From positions 13,825 to 77,824 of the IMG/VR virus record IMGVR_UViG_3300021437_000013: a stretch of 64,000 bases of DNA; one strand, written 5' to 3'. The stretch is from a virus. A program made the position numbers and the translations under genes. A model generated the notes under the pieces. It searched no databases. It had not been told where the DNA came from and worked only from the letters and a program-made list of their open reading frames with translations. The stretch's first letter is position 1, and every line of letters begins with the position of its first letter. This document shows positions 29,697-39,162 of the stretch, in pieces.

Positions 29697-32600
29697 ATGT
29701 CAAATCTATTTGTACTTCGTGCTAAAGGCTTAAATACGTCTCCTAATGAACTAAATAGAGAAGAAGGCTCTTTAATAGAAGCTACAAACGTCACCATACG
29801 TCGTGACGGAGTCATAGAGCCTGTTCGTGGGTTCAGCCTGTGGGGTAGTAGCCTCCCCATCTCTAATCAGCGTATAAACCAATTAATAAGCTATAGAGGC
29901 CGTATATTCAGACAATACTCAAGTAAAATGAGTTATGATAACTCTGGTAATGGTGACTTTGTTGATTGTGTTGATTCTTTATCAGAAACACAAGATGGAT
30001 TACGAGTTAAGTCTATTGAAGCTAATGGGAACCTTTATATTACCTCATCATCTGGTATCAAGAAGATATCAGCTAAAAGTACAGATGACTTTAAGACTAC
30101 AGCTGGATTTATAACAAACTCTGGTGGTATTAAAGCCGCTGACTTCTCTCCTACTCTTCAAGTAACCCAAGGAGATACAACAAGTTTCTTTCTTGGTGAT
30201 TCAACTATAGCTTACCGCATTGTATGGGGTACTAAAGATAAGAATAATAACTTAGTGCTTGGTTCACCATCTCAAAGGGAAGTAGTATATAATCCACTGT
30301 TAGGTATGATTTCAAATGACTTTGTTACATTACTTAATACTTTGGATAGCTTAAATAGTGCAACTCCGACTACAGCAATGATTAGGGATGCTAACTACCT
30401 ATCTACTTTAAAAGTTACTTTATCTGATTCTGCGAATACTGTTCTTGCTAATATGATTGCATTATGTACTAAACTTGATAATGATATATTCTTAGCAAGT
30501 CAATCCTCATCACAACCGTTAGTAATATCTACAACTACAATTGCCTCTGGTCTTTGTACTATAAACTTTTCAACTGGTAACCCATCAACATATTTAAGTG
30601 TTGGTAAGAAGGTTAATTTAGCTGGGTTCAGTCCTACCACTGGAACTTTAAATGGTGTTCAAGCTTTAACGGCCGTAACATCAACCTCTATTACATTTGC
30701 TACAACTGCAACTGGTGCGGTTACTTTATCAACTGCACAAATTCACTATGCTCAATATCAATCAATTACACAACCTGCTACACCATCAATAATAGCTACT
30801 ACACAAGAGCTCACTAATATTCAAACATATTTACAAGATATTTTAACTAAACTACAAAATGAACCATTAACTATTATATCATCAACTGATGCAGTATTAT
30901 TATCCAGTATAATTATAACATCGTCAGCTAAAGTAAAGCTTACTATTACTATCCCAGAGGAAGTAACAAGTAACTATTTCTTTCAAGTTTATCGTTCATC
31001 TTTAACTACTTCACAAGGTGTATTCACATTAGACTCTTTAACTCCTGATGACGAGTTACAACTTGTTTATGAAGCTTACCCAACAAGTACAGAATTAGCT
31101 GCACATTCGGTTACTATAGTAGATGATACACCAGATGAATTTAGAGGTGCTAACTTATACACTAACGCATCAACTGGTGAAGGTATTTTACAAGCTAACG
31201 AACTACCACCATTCGCTAAAGATATTAATCGTTTTAAAGGTTCTATCTTCTATGCCAATACGAGAACAAGACATAGTATGTCGCCATCTCTATTAGGGGT
31301 AGTAAAGATGCGTACTGACTTTGAAGCTGGTAATATCCCATCAATAACCACTTCTGATAGTACCAACATATTTCACACTTATGACTTTGTTGAGGGTATT
31401 AAACAACAAGTAGCCATAACTTGTGTTGCCGATGTGTCTAATAGCTTAAATGGTAAATACTTCTTACTTGATACATCAACAGTATCATTATGTGTTTACT
31501 TTGAAACTACCACAGCAACTGACCCAGCTATATCAGGAAGAACAAGCGTAAAAGTTAGTATTTCAACTGGCGATAGTGCGTCAACAGTTGCCACTAAACT
31601 TGCTAATAAACTATCTACAAGATTATTTGACTTTAATAACGTAGCAGTATCTACAGCTACAGTTACAACTACTGACATTAATTATGTTGAGGTTGTAGCA
31701 TCTACAGCAGGTAATTCAGGCTTTAGTATATCTAATACACTTGGCCGCGGTGAAAAGATTGCTCGTAACGTGACAAGCATTACTTGCCCTGCCGCATCTG
31801 CATTTGTATCAACTGCAACAACTGCGGACTACTTCACATTAAACTCTACAGGTGATTATAATAATTACTATATTTGGTTTAAAGTTGGTTCTTCAATAAG
31901 TCCAGCATTAGCAAATAAACAAGGGATTATGATAACCCTTACTGGTGCTGAAACTAACGTACAAGTAGCAGCTGCAATATTAGCGGCTATCCCATCAGAC
32001 TTTACAGTAACGGCATTATCTAACGTATTAACTATTACTAATATCAGATATGGAAAGTGTACGGCCGCTACAGAAGTAGTTGCATCAAGTAGCTTTATCC
32101 TATCTACTACCGTAACAGGTGGTATAAATGTATTATTATCTGCTGAAATATCTCCGGCATTAGCAACTGACCAAACTGCAAGAAGTTTAGTAAGGATTAT
32201 CAATAAGAATGAAGATGATATCATATCCGCTTATTATATGTCATCCGCAACAGATGTTCCGGGTAAACTATTATTTCAAGATAGAAGTTTAACTGAAAAT
32301 GCTTTTTATATCACAGCTAACAATACTAATACTGGTGGTAGCTTTAATCCTGACATATCCCCAACAGTTAATATTGCAAGCACTACCGCAGTTGGTGACA
32401 AAACATTAATCACTACTGCCACAGCTCACGGCCTTACAAGTACAGATAGTGTTATCATTGGGTATACTAACTCTGTACCAGTTCTACATGGTATTTATGC
32501 CGTAGAATATAATAATGCCACAAGCTTTTATATAGCTCAAAAGACAATTACAAATGCTACATCAGGTGGTTATACTCCATTAAAAGATGCAGTAACTTCT

Positions 32601-34334
32601 GAGAATGAAGCTAAACCAAATAGAATCTATTATAGTAAGTATCAACAACCAGAGGCAGTACCTTTAACCAATTATTTCGATGTTGGGGCAGAAGGTAAAG
32701 AGATACTAAGAATATTCCCATTAAGAGATTCATTGTTCGTATTTAAACAAGATGGATTATATCGTATTTCTGGTGAGGTTATTCCGTTCAGCTTAACCTT
32801 ATTCGATTCATCTTTAACATTACTTGCCCCAGACTCTTTAACGGTTCTTGATAACTTAATTTATTGTTGGACTGATAGAGGGGTTCAAGCTGCATCTGAA
32901 TCGGGTGTACAAGTTGTTTCAAGAGCAATCGACAATATAGTATTACCTCTTTCATCTGCTAATTATGCTAACTTTAAAACCGCTACATGGGCAGTAGGTT
33001 ATAAATCAGATAACTCAGTTACAATGTGGACGGTGTTAGATAAAGCTGATACACATGCTCGTATCGGGTATAGATTCAATACTTTAACTGGTAGTTGGAC
33101 TACAATCAATAAAGAAACTACTTGTGGCATAATTAATGAAGTAGATGACAAAATGTATCTTGGTTGTGGTGACGTATCTTATATTGAAAAAGAAAGAAAG
33201 AGTTTTGACAGAACAGACTTTGCAGGTAGAGAATACACTGTACTATTATCAGCAGGTAAGTTTTTTGGCACTACAATGAAACTTCCAGTAGTATCTAACT
33301 TATCAGTTGGGGATGCCTTAGTACAAGCTCAACTTGTATCTTTATTTGAATTTAATATGCTACTATCTAAACTTGACTTAGATTCAGTCATTGCAGCTAC
33401 AGACTTTAGAAGTACATTAGCTATAGTGGCAGGCGATAACATGCGTTCTAAACTTGAGTCTTTAGCATTAAAGCTTGATAATGATCCGAGTGTTCAGCAG
33501 GTTAATTACTATCCAAGTATAGCCGCTAAAACTGGAACAGTAACAAACATCACGGCCGGAACAAACTCAGTGATTACAGCTACAGAACACGGACTAATCA
33601 GTGGTAGAAGAGTTAGGATAACATCATCTAATTCTACTCCGTCAATTGATGGTGATTATACTATCACGGTTATTGATGCTAATACTTTCTCAATCCCATT
33701 CGTAGTAAATATTGCAGGTACATCAGCAAACTTTGCAACTATCATTCAAGACCAGATAGACGTTAAAACGTGTTATAACAAGATTATAACCCTTTTAAAT
33801 AACGATGGCGGCGTTGGGTATAATAACTATTCACAAGCTAATGGGATAACCACCCAAGAGGCTATTATCACTAAAATCAATATAGTAACTAAAGAGGTTA
33901 CTGTAAATAAAGCTATGGATTTCGTAGTAGGTGATATTGTAGCATTTAAGTCAATTCAAGCAAGTGTTACTTACTCCCCTAATACTTTCGGTGACCCTCT
34001 TAACTTTAAGCATATGAGACAGGCTACAGTAATGTTTGATTCAAGAGCCTTAACAAGTGCTACCTTATCATTTAGAAGCGATTTAAAGCCTGTTTTTAGC
34101 CCCGTAGAGGTGGCTTTAGATGGTAGTGGTACGTTTGGTAGTGATGCCTTTGGTGATAGCTTCTTTGGTGGTAGTTCTAACTCTGCACCGATAAGAACAT
34201 TAATACCAAGAGATTGTATGCGTTGTAGATACTTAATAGTGAAATTTGCACACAATATAGCAAGAGAACACTTTGCGATGAATGGTATCACTTTAACTGC
34301 TAATATGCCGTTAGGTGAAAAGGCTTACAGGTAA
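29697..34334 (+). CDS. tail nozzle / tubular protein B-like with inserted domains
   Basis: 1545 aa; N-terminal GL...N...G....A.NV...DG...RG, NRIYYSK...PEAVP, LFVFK.DG propeller motifs. Confidence 0.75.
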   Translation: MSNLFVLRAKGLNTSPNELNREEGSLIEATNVTIRRDGVIEPVRGFSLWGSSLPISNQRINQLISYRGRIFRQYSSKMSYDNSGNGDFVDCVDSLSETQDGLRVKSIEANGNLYITSSSGIKKISAKSTDDFKTTAGFITNSGGIKAADFSPTLQVTQGDTTSFFLGDSTIAYRIVWGTKDKNNNLVLGSPSQREVVYNPLLGMISNDFVTLLNTLDSLNSATPTTAMIRDANYLSTLKVTLSDSANTVLANMIALCTKLDNDIFLASQSSSQPLVISTTTIASGLCTINFSTGNPSTYLSVGKKVNLAGFSPTTGTLNGVQALTAVTSTSITFATTATGAVTLSTAQIHYAQYQSITQPATPSIIATTQELTNIQTYLQDILTKLQNEPLTIISSTDAVLLSSIIITSSAKVKLTITIPEEVTSNYFFQVYRSSLTTSQGVFTLDSLTPDDELQLVYEAYPTSTELAAHSVTIVDDTPDEFRGANLYTNASTGEGILQANELPPFAKDINRFKGSIFYANTRTRHSMSPSLLGVVKMRTDFEAGNIPSITTSDSTNIFHTYDFVEGIKQQVAITCVADVSNSLNGKYFLLDTSTVSLCVYFETTTATDPAISGRTSVKVSISTGDSASTVATKLANKLSTRLFDFNNVAVSTATVTTTDINYVEVVASTAGNSGFSISNTLGRGEKIARNVTSITCPAASAFVSTATTADYFTLNSTGDYNNYYIWFKVGSSISPALANKQGIMITLTGAETNVQVAAAILAAIPSDFTVTALSNVLTITNIRYGKCTAATEVVASSSFILSTTVTGGINVLLSAEISPALATDQTARSLVRIINKNEDDIISAYYMSSATDVPGKLLFQDRSLTENAFYITANNTNTGGSFNPDISPTVNIASTTAVGDKTLITTATAHGLTSTDSVIIGYTNSVPVLHGIYAVEYNNATSFYIAQKTITNATSGGYTPLKDAVTSENEAKPNRIYYSKYQQPEAVPLTNYFDVGAEGKEILRIFPLRDSLFVFKQDGLYRISGEVIPFSLTLFDSSLTLLAPDSLTVLDNLIYCWTDRGVQAASESGVQVVSRAIDNIVLPLSSANYANFKTATWAVGYKSDNSVTMWTVLDKADTHARIGYRFNTLTGSWTTINKETTCGIINEVDDKMYLGCGDVSYIEKERKSFDRTDFAGREYTVLLSAGKFFGTTMKLPVVSNLSVGDALVQAQLVSLFEFNMLLSKLDLDSVIAATDFRSTLAIVAGDNMRSKLESLALKLDNDPSVQQVNYYPSIAAKTGTVTNITAGTNSVITATEHGLISGRRVRITSSNSTPSIDGDYTITVIDANTFSIPFVVNIAGTSANFATIIQDQIDVKTCYNKIITLLNNDGGVGYNNYSQANGITTQEAIITKINIVTKEVTVNKAMDFVVGDIVAFKSIQASVTYSPNTFGDPLNFKHMRQATVMFDSRALTSATLSFRSDLKPVFSPVEVALDGSGTFGSDAFGDSFFGGSSNSAPIRTLIPRDCMRCRYLIVKFAHNIAREHFAMNGITLTANMPLGEKAYR

Positions 34335-34338
34335 TCAT

Positions 34339-34752
34339 ATGAAAATGCCATCATTTAAAAGGATATTCGATACTGACTTTGATGAAACATATAAAGCTAT
34401 GATTCAAACTCTGGCCGTGACAATTAATAACGGTTTTGAAGTTATTTATGAAGCGTTAAATAAGAAGATATCTATTAGTGAAAATATCCAATGTACGCTT
34501 AAAGATGTTACTTTTAAGGTTGATGCCTCTGGTAATCCAACTACAAGAGTAAGCTTTATCAGTGACATACCGAATATGAGGGTAATTGGTACTCAGGTTA
34601 TAAAAGTAGTAAATAACACAAATTCAAGTGTTTACCCGACTAGTGGAGTATTTATTAGCTTTACAGAGACTAACAACGGCATTGAGATAAATAATGTAAC
34701 AGGTTTAACTATAGGAAATACTTACACTTTACGCATTGTAGCATACCATTAA
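34339..34752 (+). CDS. tail protein
   Basis: Follows nozzle; start re-assigned to MKMPSF. Confidence 0.65.
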   Translation: MKMPSFKRIFDTDFDETYKAMIQTLAVTINNGFEVIYEALNKKISISENIQCTLKDVTFKVDASGNPTTRVSFISDIPNMRVIGTQVIKVVNNTNSSVYPTSGVFISFTETNNGIEINNVTGLTIGNTYTLRIVAYH

Positions 34753-34758
34753 CAACTA
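34750..34758 (+). promoter_or_regulatory. TAACAACTA putative late promoter
   Basis: Exact motif overlapping stop codon, before AAGGA RBS. Confidence 0.72.
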
Positions 34759-34786
34759 AAAGGGTAAACTTATATAAGGAATTAAT

Positions 34787-36136
34787 ATGGCCGCACAAAC
34801 TGGTACAGGTTTTACAAATTTAAGTAAGATTTTAGGAGCCAATCAAGGTAATCAACTTGGTCAAACAGTTGCGTCAAATATCCAAAATGCAGGTCAACAA
34901 GTACAATCAGGTATTAACCAAGCTTCAAATCAATTCAAGACTGATGCAGATAAGAATAGATTAGATACTGCAGAAAATAAGCAGTTTGTAACGGATACCG
35001 TTGGTGGGATAGTACAAGCTGACCCAAGTAATACAGCGGCACAAACAGCTACACCAGACCAATTATCAAGAATGTCAAAGATTATGGGCGGTACTTATCA
35101 AGGCCCTACAGACTTAAACAATACACAACAATTAAATGCTAGTGCACAAAATGCACAAGATTTAGGTAACCTATCTACTTCGGGAAGTGGTAGACAAGAG
35201 TTATTAAGACGTACAGTTGGTAACACTGGTTATAATGCAGGTGCGAGAAAGGTAGATAGTGCTTTACTTGGTCAATCTGGACAAGACTTATCAAGAGCAA
35301 GACAAACCACACAAGGATTAGTACAGAATGTAAATGATGCTTCACAACAAGCACAATTGACTGGTCAACAATATCAAGGTCAAGCTAAACAATTTGCAAC
35401 TGATACAAAAGATACAATCAATAAGAATTTAGGTACTATGGATGAAAAGACTGCAGCAGATTTTAAAGCCGCACAAGATGCGGAAGCAGCAAGAACCGCA
35501 AAGATTGCGGCCATAAGTCAATTTGCTAACAATCAAAAACCAGTATTAAATCCAGATGGTTCTCAGAAATTAGATATGAATGGTAATCCAGTAATGGAAG
35601 CTGTAACTAATAAAACAGGAGCCGATACATTAACGGATTTCCAAAAATTATTAGAGTCAAAAGGTGTTTTAAATGCCGACCAATTAAAAACTTTATTTGG
35701 TCAAGGTAACTTAAGCGAAGCTAATGCAGCAAGATTAGCAATTGTAAATCCAAATATAGCAAATCGAAACATAGCAACGAGAAATTACATGCATGATATG
35801 GCAGAGGATAATTATGTTAGAAATATACTTTCACAGCCTTATAATACAACAATTAATAATGCAAATAATGCTTTTACTAATGTTGGGGGCATTGCCGCAC
35901 AAAAAGCATTACAAGGCGACTCTGCTATCTCTAGTTTGTATGCCAACTTAGCTAAACAATTACAAAACTCTACAGGTGCACAAAACCTTACACAACAAGG
36001 TGTTGCATCTCAAGACTTAAGAAATAAATATACAGCTTTACAACAATTATTAGGTAAACAAGGAACTGACTTAACTTACAATAATGCTCCAGTATATCAA
36101 GCTGGTCAATTAGGAATAGATACCAGTAAATTATAA
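34787..36136 (+). CDS. putative ejection / internal virion protein
   Basis: Q/N/A-rich helical protein in post-tail position. Confidence 0.65.
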   Translation: MAAQTGTGFTNLSKILGANQGNQLGQTVASNIQNAGQQVQSGINQASNQFKTDADKNRLDTAENKQFVTDTVGGIVQADPSNTAAQTATPDQLSRMSKIMGGTYQGPTDLNNTQQLNASAQNAQDLGNLSTSGSGRQELLRRTVGNTGYNAGARKVDSALLGQSGQDLSRARQTTQGLVQNVNDASQQAQLTGQQYQGQAKQFATDTKDTINKNLGTMDEKTAADFKAAQDAEAARTAKIAAISQFANNQKPVLNPDGSQKLDMNGNPVMEAVTNKTGADTLTDFQKLLESKGVLNADQLKTLFGQGNLSEANAARLAIVNPNIANRNIATRNYMHDMAEDNYVRNILSQPYNTTINNANNAFTNVGGIAAQKALQGDSAISSLYANLAKQLQNSTGAQNLTQQGVASQDLRNKYTALQQLLGKQGTDLTYNNAPVYQAGQLGIDTSKL

Positions 36137-36142
36137 CAACTA
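36134..36142 (+). promoter_or_regulatory. TAACAACTA putative late promoter (leaderless transcript)
   Basis: ATG of 36148 lies 5 nt downstream; no RBS. Confidence 0.72.
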
Positions 36143-36147
36143 TAGAA

Positions 36148-36543
36148 ATGGAACTTAAAGAAGCAATAACCAAATTTTATAGTAGTGATAATGATTTAAT
36201 AGAGAAGTTTCATATTATAGCTGGTAGTGGGTTAGAAGCTTGTGTAAATAGAACGGTAGATGATTTAGATAAGGTTGACATAACTTATATCTATGATAAA
36301 GAGGAACTAATAGGATACTTTGCAACAGATACACAGCCTTATATTACCTATTTAATAGGGTTTTTTATAATGCCGGAGTATCGGAAAGATAAGAAGTATT
36401 GGAATGAAATAATAGATACTTTGCCAGTTGGTACAATAAGTGGCCTTTATAATAAGAATATAAGAGCCCAGAAGTTTTACAGTAAGCAAGGTTATAAGAT
36501 ATTAAGTAAAACGGTAGATGGACGCATTTATCGAATTAAATAG
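36148..36543 (+). CDS. GNAT-fold acetyltransferase-like protein
   Basis: FFIMPEYR and N.RAQKFY.K.GY motifs. Confidence 0.75.
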   Translation: MELKEAITKFYSSDNDLIEKFHIIAGSGLEACVNRTVDDLDKVDITYIYDKEELIGYFATDTQPYITYLIGFFIMPEYRKDKKYWNEIIDTLPVGTISGLYNKNIRAQKFYSKQGYKILSKTVDGRIYRIK

Positions 36544-36551
36544 GAGTAAGT

Positions 36552-37610
36552 ATGCCAATGATATCAGCCGCCGCTATAGTAGCCGCCCCAGCAATAGGTG
36601 GGATAGTCGGTAACATTTTAGGTGCAAGCGATAGAGACGCAGCAAGAGCTAATATGGCTCAAGCTTTAAATGAAATCATGTCAACAGGTACACCACCTGA
36701 TATGGCTAAAGCTTTATTACTCGATAAATTCAAATCAGCAGGTGTGTTAACTCCAGCATTAGAAGCTGACTTAGGGGATGTATCATCTAATCTATCTCAA
36801 TATAAAGAAGATGCCAATCTTAAAAATTCACAAATGGACGCCCTTAACGCTTTAGCACAACAAGCTAAAACGGGATTATCAGCAACTGACCAAGTAGCTT
36901 TAAATCAGATTCGTAATAAAGCTATGACTGATGCAGAGGCTCAACGTCAATCGGTTATGCAACAAATGCAATCCCGTGGTATGGGGGGTTCAGGTGCAGA
37001 ACTTATATCTCAATTATCAGCAGGACAAAATGCCTCTAATCAAGAAGCTAATCAAGGAATGTCAGTGGCTGCACAAGCTCAACAAGCAGCTTTAAATGCC
37101 CTTATGAACCGTGGACAATTAGCAGGTAATATGAGAGGTCAAGACCTTAATACTGCACAGGCTACAATGGGAGCCGCTGATGCTATGGCTAAATTTAATA
37201 TGCAAAATAGTATGGGTAGACAAGCAGCAAACGTTGGTATTGCTAACCAAGCCCAAGCATCTAACTTAGCAAATGCACAACAATTATCTAACATGAACGT
37301 AAATCAACAAAATGCAGAAGCACAAAGACAAGCTAATGCAGAACATCAAAAATGGGTTGATTCACTTAATCTTAATACCGCTAAAGCTAATGCCCTTAAC
37401 GGTCAAGCTTCACAATTACAAAACCAAGCTAATGCCACTGGTGCTTTATGGAGCGGTGTTGGTAGTGCAGTTGGTGCAGGTGCTAATGCTTATAATAATT
37501 ACTCACAGAATCAAGCAGCAAAGGCGGCATCAGCAGGTAGTTCGTATACTCCATCAGCATCACAAACTATGAGTGACTACTGGAAGAATAATCCATATAG
37601 TAACAACTAA
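36552..37610 (+). CDS. DNA transfer / ejection protein
   Basis: Gly/Ala N-terminus, RGMGGSG motif, Q/A/N-rich helices. Confidence 0.72.
   Translation: MPMISAAAIVAAPAIGGIVGNILGASDRDAARANMAQALNEIMSTGTPPDMAKALLLDKFKSAGVLTPALEADLGDVSSNLSQYKEDANLKNSQMDALNALAQQAKTGLSATDQVALNQIRNKAMTDAEAQRQSVMQQMQSRGMGGSGAELISQLSAGQNASNQEANQGMSVAAQAQQAALNALMNRGQLAGNMRGQDLNTAQATMGAADAMAKFNMQNSMGRQAANVGIANQAQASNLANAQQLSNMNVNQQNAEAQRQANAEHQKWVDSLNLNTAKANALNGQASQLQNQANATGALWSGVGSAVGAGANAYNNYSQNQAAKAASAGSSYTPSASQTMSDYWKNNPYSNN
37601..37609 (+). promoter_or_regulatory. TAACAACTA putative late promoter
   Basis: Exact motif overlapping end of upstream gene. Confidence 0.68.
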
Positions 37611-37625
37611 TAATTAAGGAATCAT

Positions 37626-39161
37626 ATGAATATACAAGAACTATTAGGATTGATTAAGAAACCACAAGACGATGATAATATACCAAGTAGTATTGCTCGT
37701 CCAAGTGACGAAAATATGCTTGTATCTAATCCTGAGGCAGCTAAGAAGTTTATTCAGATGTATGGTGGAACTGTAGATAAGAACGGTGTGGTAGTATCTC
37801 CTACACAACAAAACGTTACAGCATTACCAAATAAGAACGCAGACCTACCATCTTTCGCTGATGTTGAATCTCAAGCTAAAGAAGACATTGGTAATAACGT
37901 AGAAGACTTAAAGGATGTTTCAACAGAAGAGTCAGACAGTCAACCAGATGTTGAAAACATTAAATCACAATACCCATCAATTGATTCATCAGAAGTATGG
38001 AACCGCAATAAAGATAAGACTTTAAACCCAGAAATGGAAACAGCTGATAAAGCCCCAGAACAATCAAGTCAACAATCTTTAGTTGATGCTTACTTAAAAA
38101 CTCAACAAGCACCATCACAAAACCCACAAGACTTATTAGCAATGCTAAAACAAGCTCAAGATATTGAGAATCAAAAACAATTATCACATGGCCTATTACA
38201 AGCCTCTACTATGTTAGGTCAGGCGTTAACTCACCAAAAATTAGATACTTCTAATGTTGATAAAATTGGTACTGGTGAGAATCAAGTTACAGCGTTACAA
38301 AAACAAATTTCAATGGGCCAAGAGCAATCTAATATTGACATGGCTCAGAAACAACGTGACCCTAATAGTGCTATCTCTGTTCAAGGCAGAGAGCTATTAA
38401 AGAAGGTTGGTATTAATGTTCCTGATACTTTCTCAGCTGCAGATGCAGAGAAGTTAGGACTTAACTATTCTAACTTATTAACTCAGAAAAATTCACAAGA
38501 TTTAAAACGTGAAATGATGAATGAGACTTTAGGAAGTAAAGAAGCTATCGCAGAGTTAAGAGGTTCTTCTAAAGGTAATGATGCTCAAAATAAAGCTTAT
38601 GAAAAGGCAGTTCAACAAGCGGAAGCTGTAAGAGGCGATAAAGCAGTTCAACAAGCTAAAGCAGATATGTATGCAATTAAGAAAGTTAATTCATTAGTTA
38701 ATCTAAACGGTGACCCTAATAATCTTGACCAACAACAAGTAGAATTACTTGCCTCGGAAATTGGTAAAATTGCAACTGGTGGAGTTCCAACTATCCACGA
38801 ACTTCAAACCCTTAACCCATCGTCTATTAGTAAATCTTTAAGAGAAGCAGCAACGGCCGTTTCAAATCAACCAACTCCAGCTAACCGTGGCGAGTTTGTT
38901 AATGCTATGAAAAAGTATGCAGATAGCATCAATCATGATGCACAATCTACTATCAAAGAAAAGTATCAAAGAGCATTAAGTGCATTTGAATCTAAAATGG
39001 GTTCTGATAATGTAGCTAATTTTAAAAAAGCATACATGGGTGAGGATAATCCGGTACAAGCAATGTCACCGCAAGATGCGCAAAAGATGACTAAGCCACA
39101 AACGGTTATACAGAACGGCCACACGTATACACTTAATCCATTGACGGGGGCTTACGAATAG
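37626..39161 (+). CDS. putative ejection protein
   Basis: 511-aa helical low-complexity protein in ejection cluster. Confidence 0.65.
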   Translation: MNIQELLGLIKKPQDDDNIPSSIARPSDENMLVSNPEAAKKFIQMYGGTVDKNGVVVSPTQQNVTALPNKNADLPSFADVESQAKEDIGNNVEDLKDVSTEESDSQPDVENIKSQYPSIDSSEVWNRNKDKTLNPEMETADKAPEQSSQQSLVDAYLKTQQAPSQNPQDLLAMLKQAQDIENQKQLSHGLLQASTMLGQALTHQKLDTSNVDKIGTGENQVTALQKQISMGQEQSNIDMAQKQRDPNSAISVQGRELLKKVGINVPDTFSAADAEKLGLNYSNLLTQKNSQDLKREMMNETLGSKEAIAELRGSSKGNDAQNKAYEKAVQQAEAVRGDKAVQQAKADMYAIKKVNSLVNLNGDPNNLDQQQVELLASEIGKIATGGVPTIHELQTLNPSSISKSLREAATAVSNQPTPANRGEFVNAMKKYADSINHDAQSTIKEKYQRALSAFESKMGSDNVANFKKAYMGEDNPVQAMSPQDAQKMTKPQTVIQNGHTYTLNPLTGAYE

Positions 39162-39162
39162 T

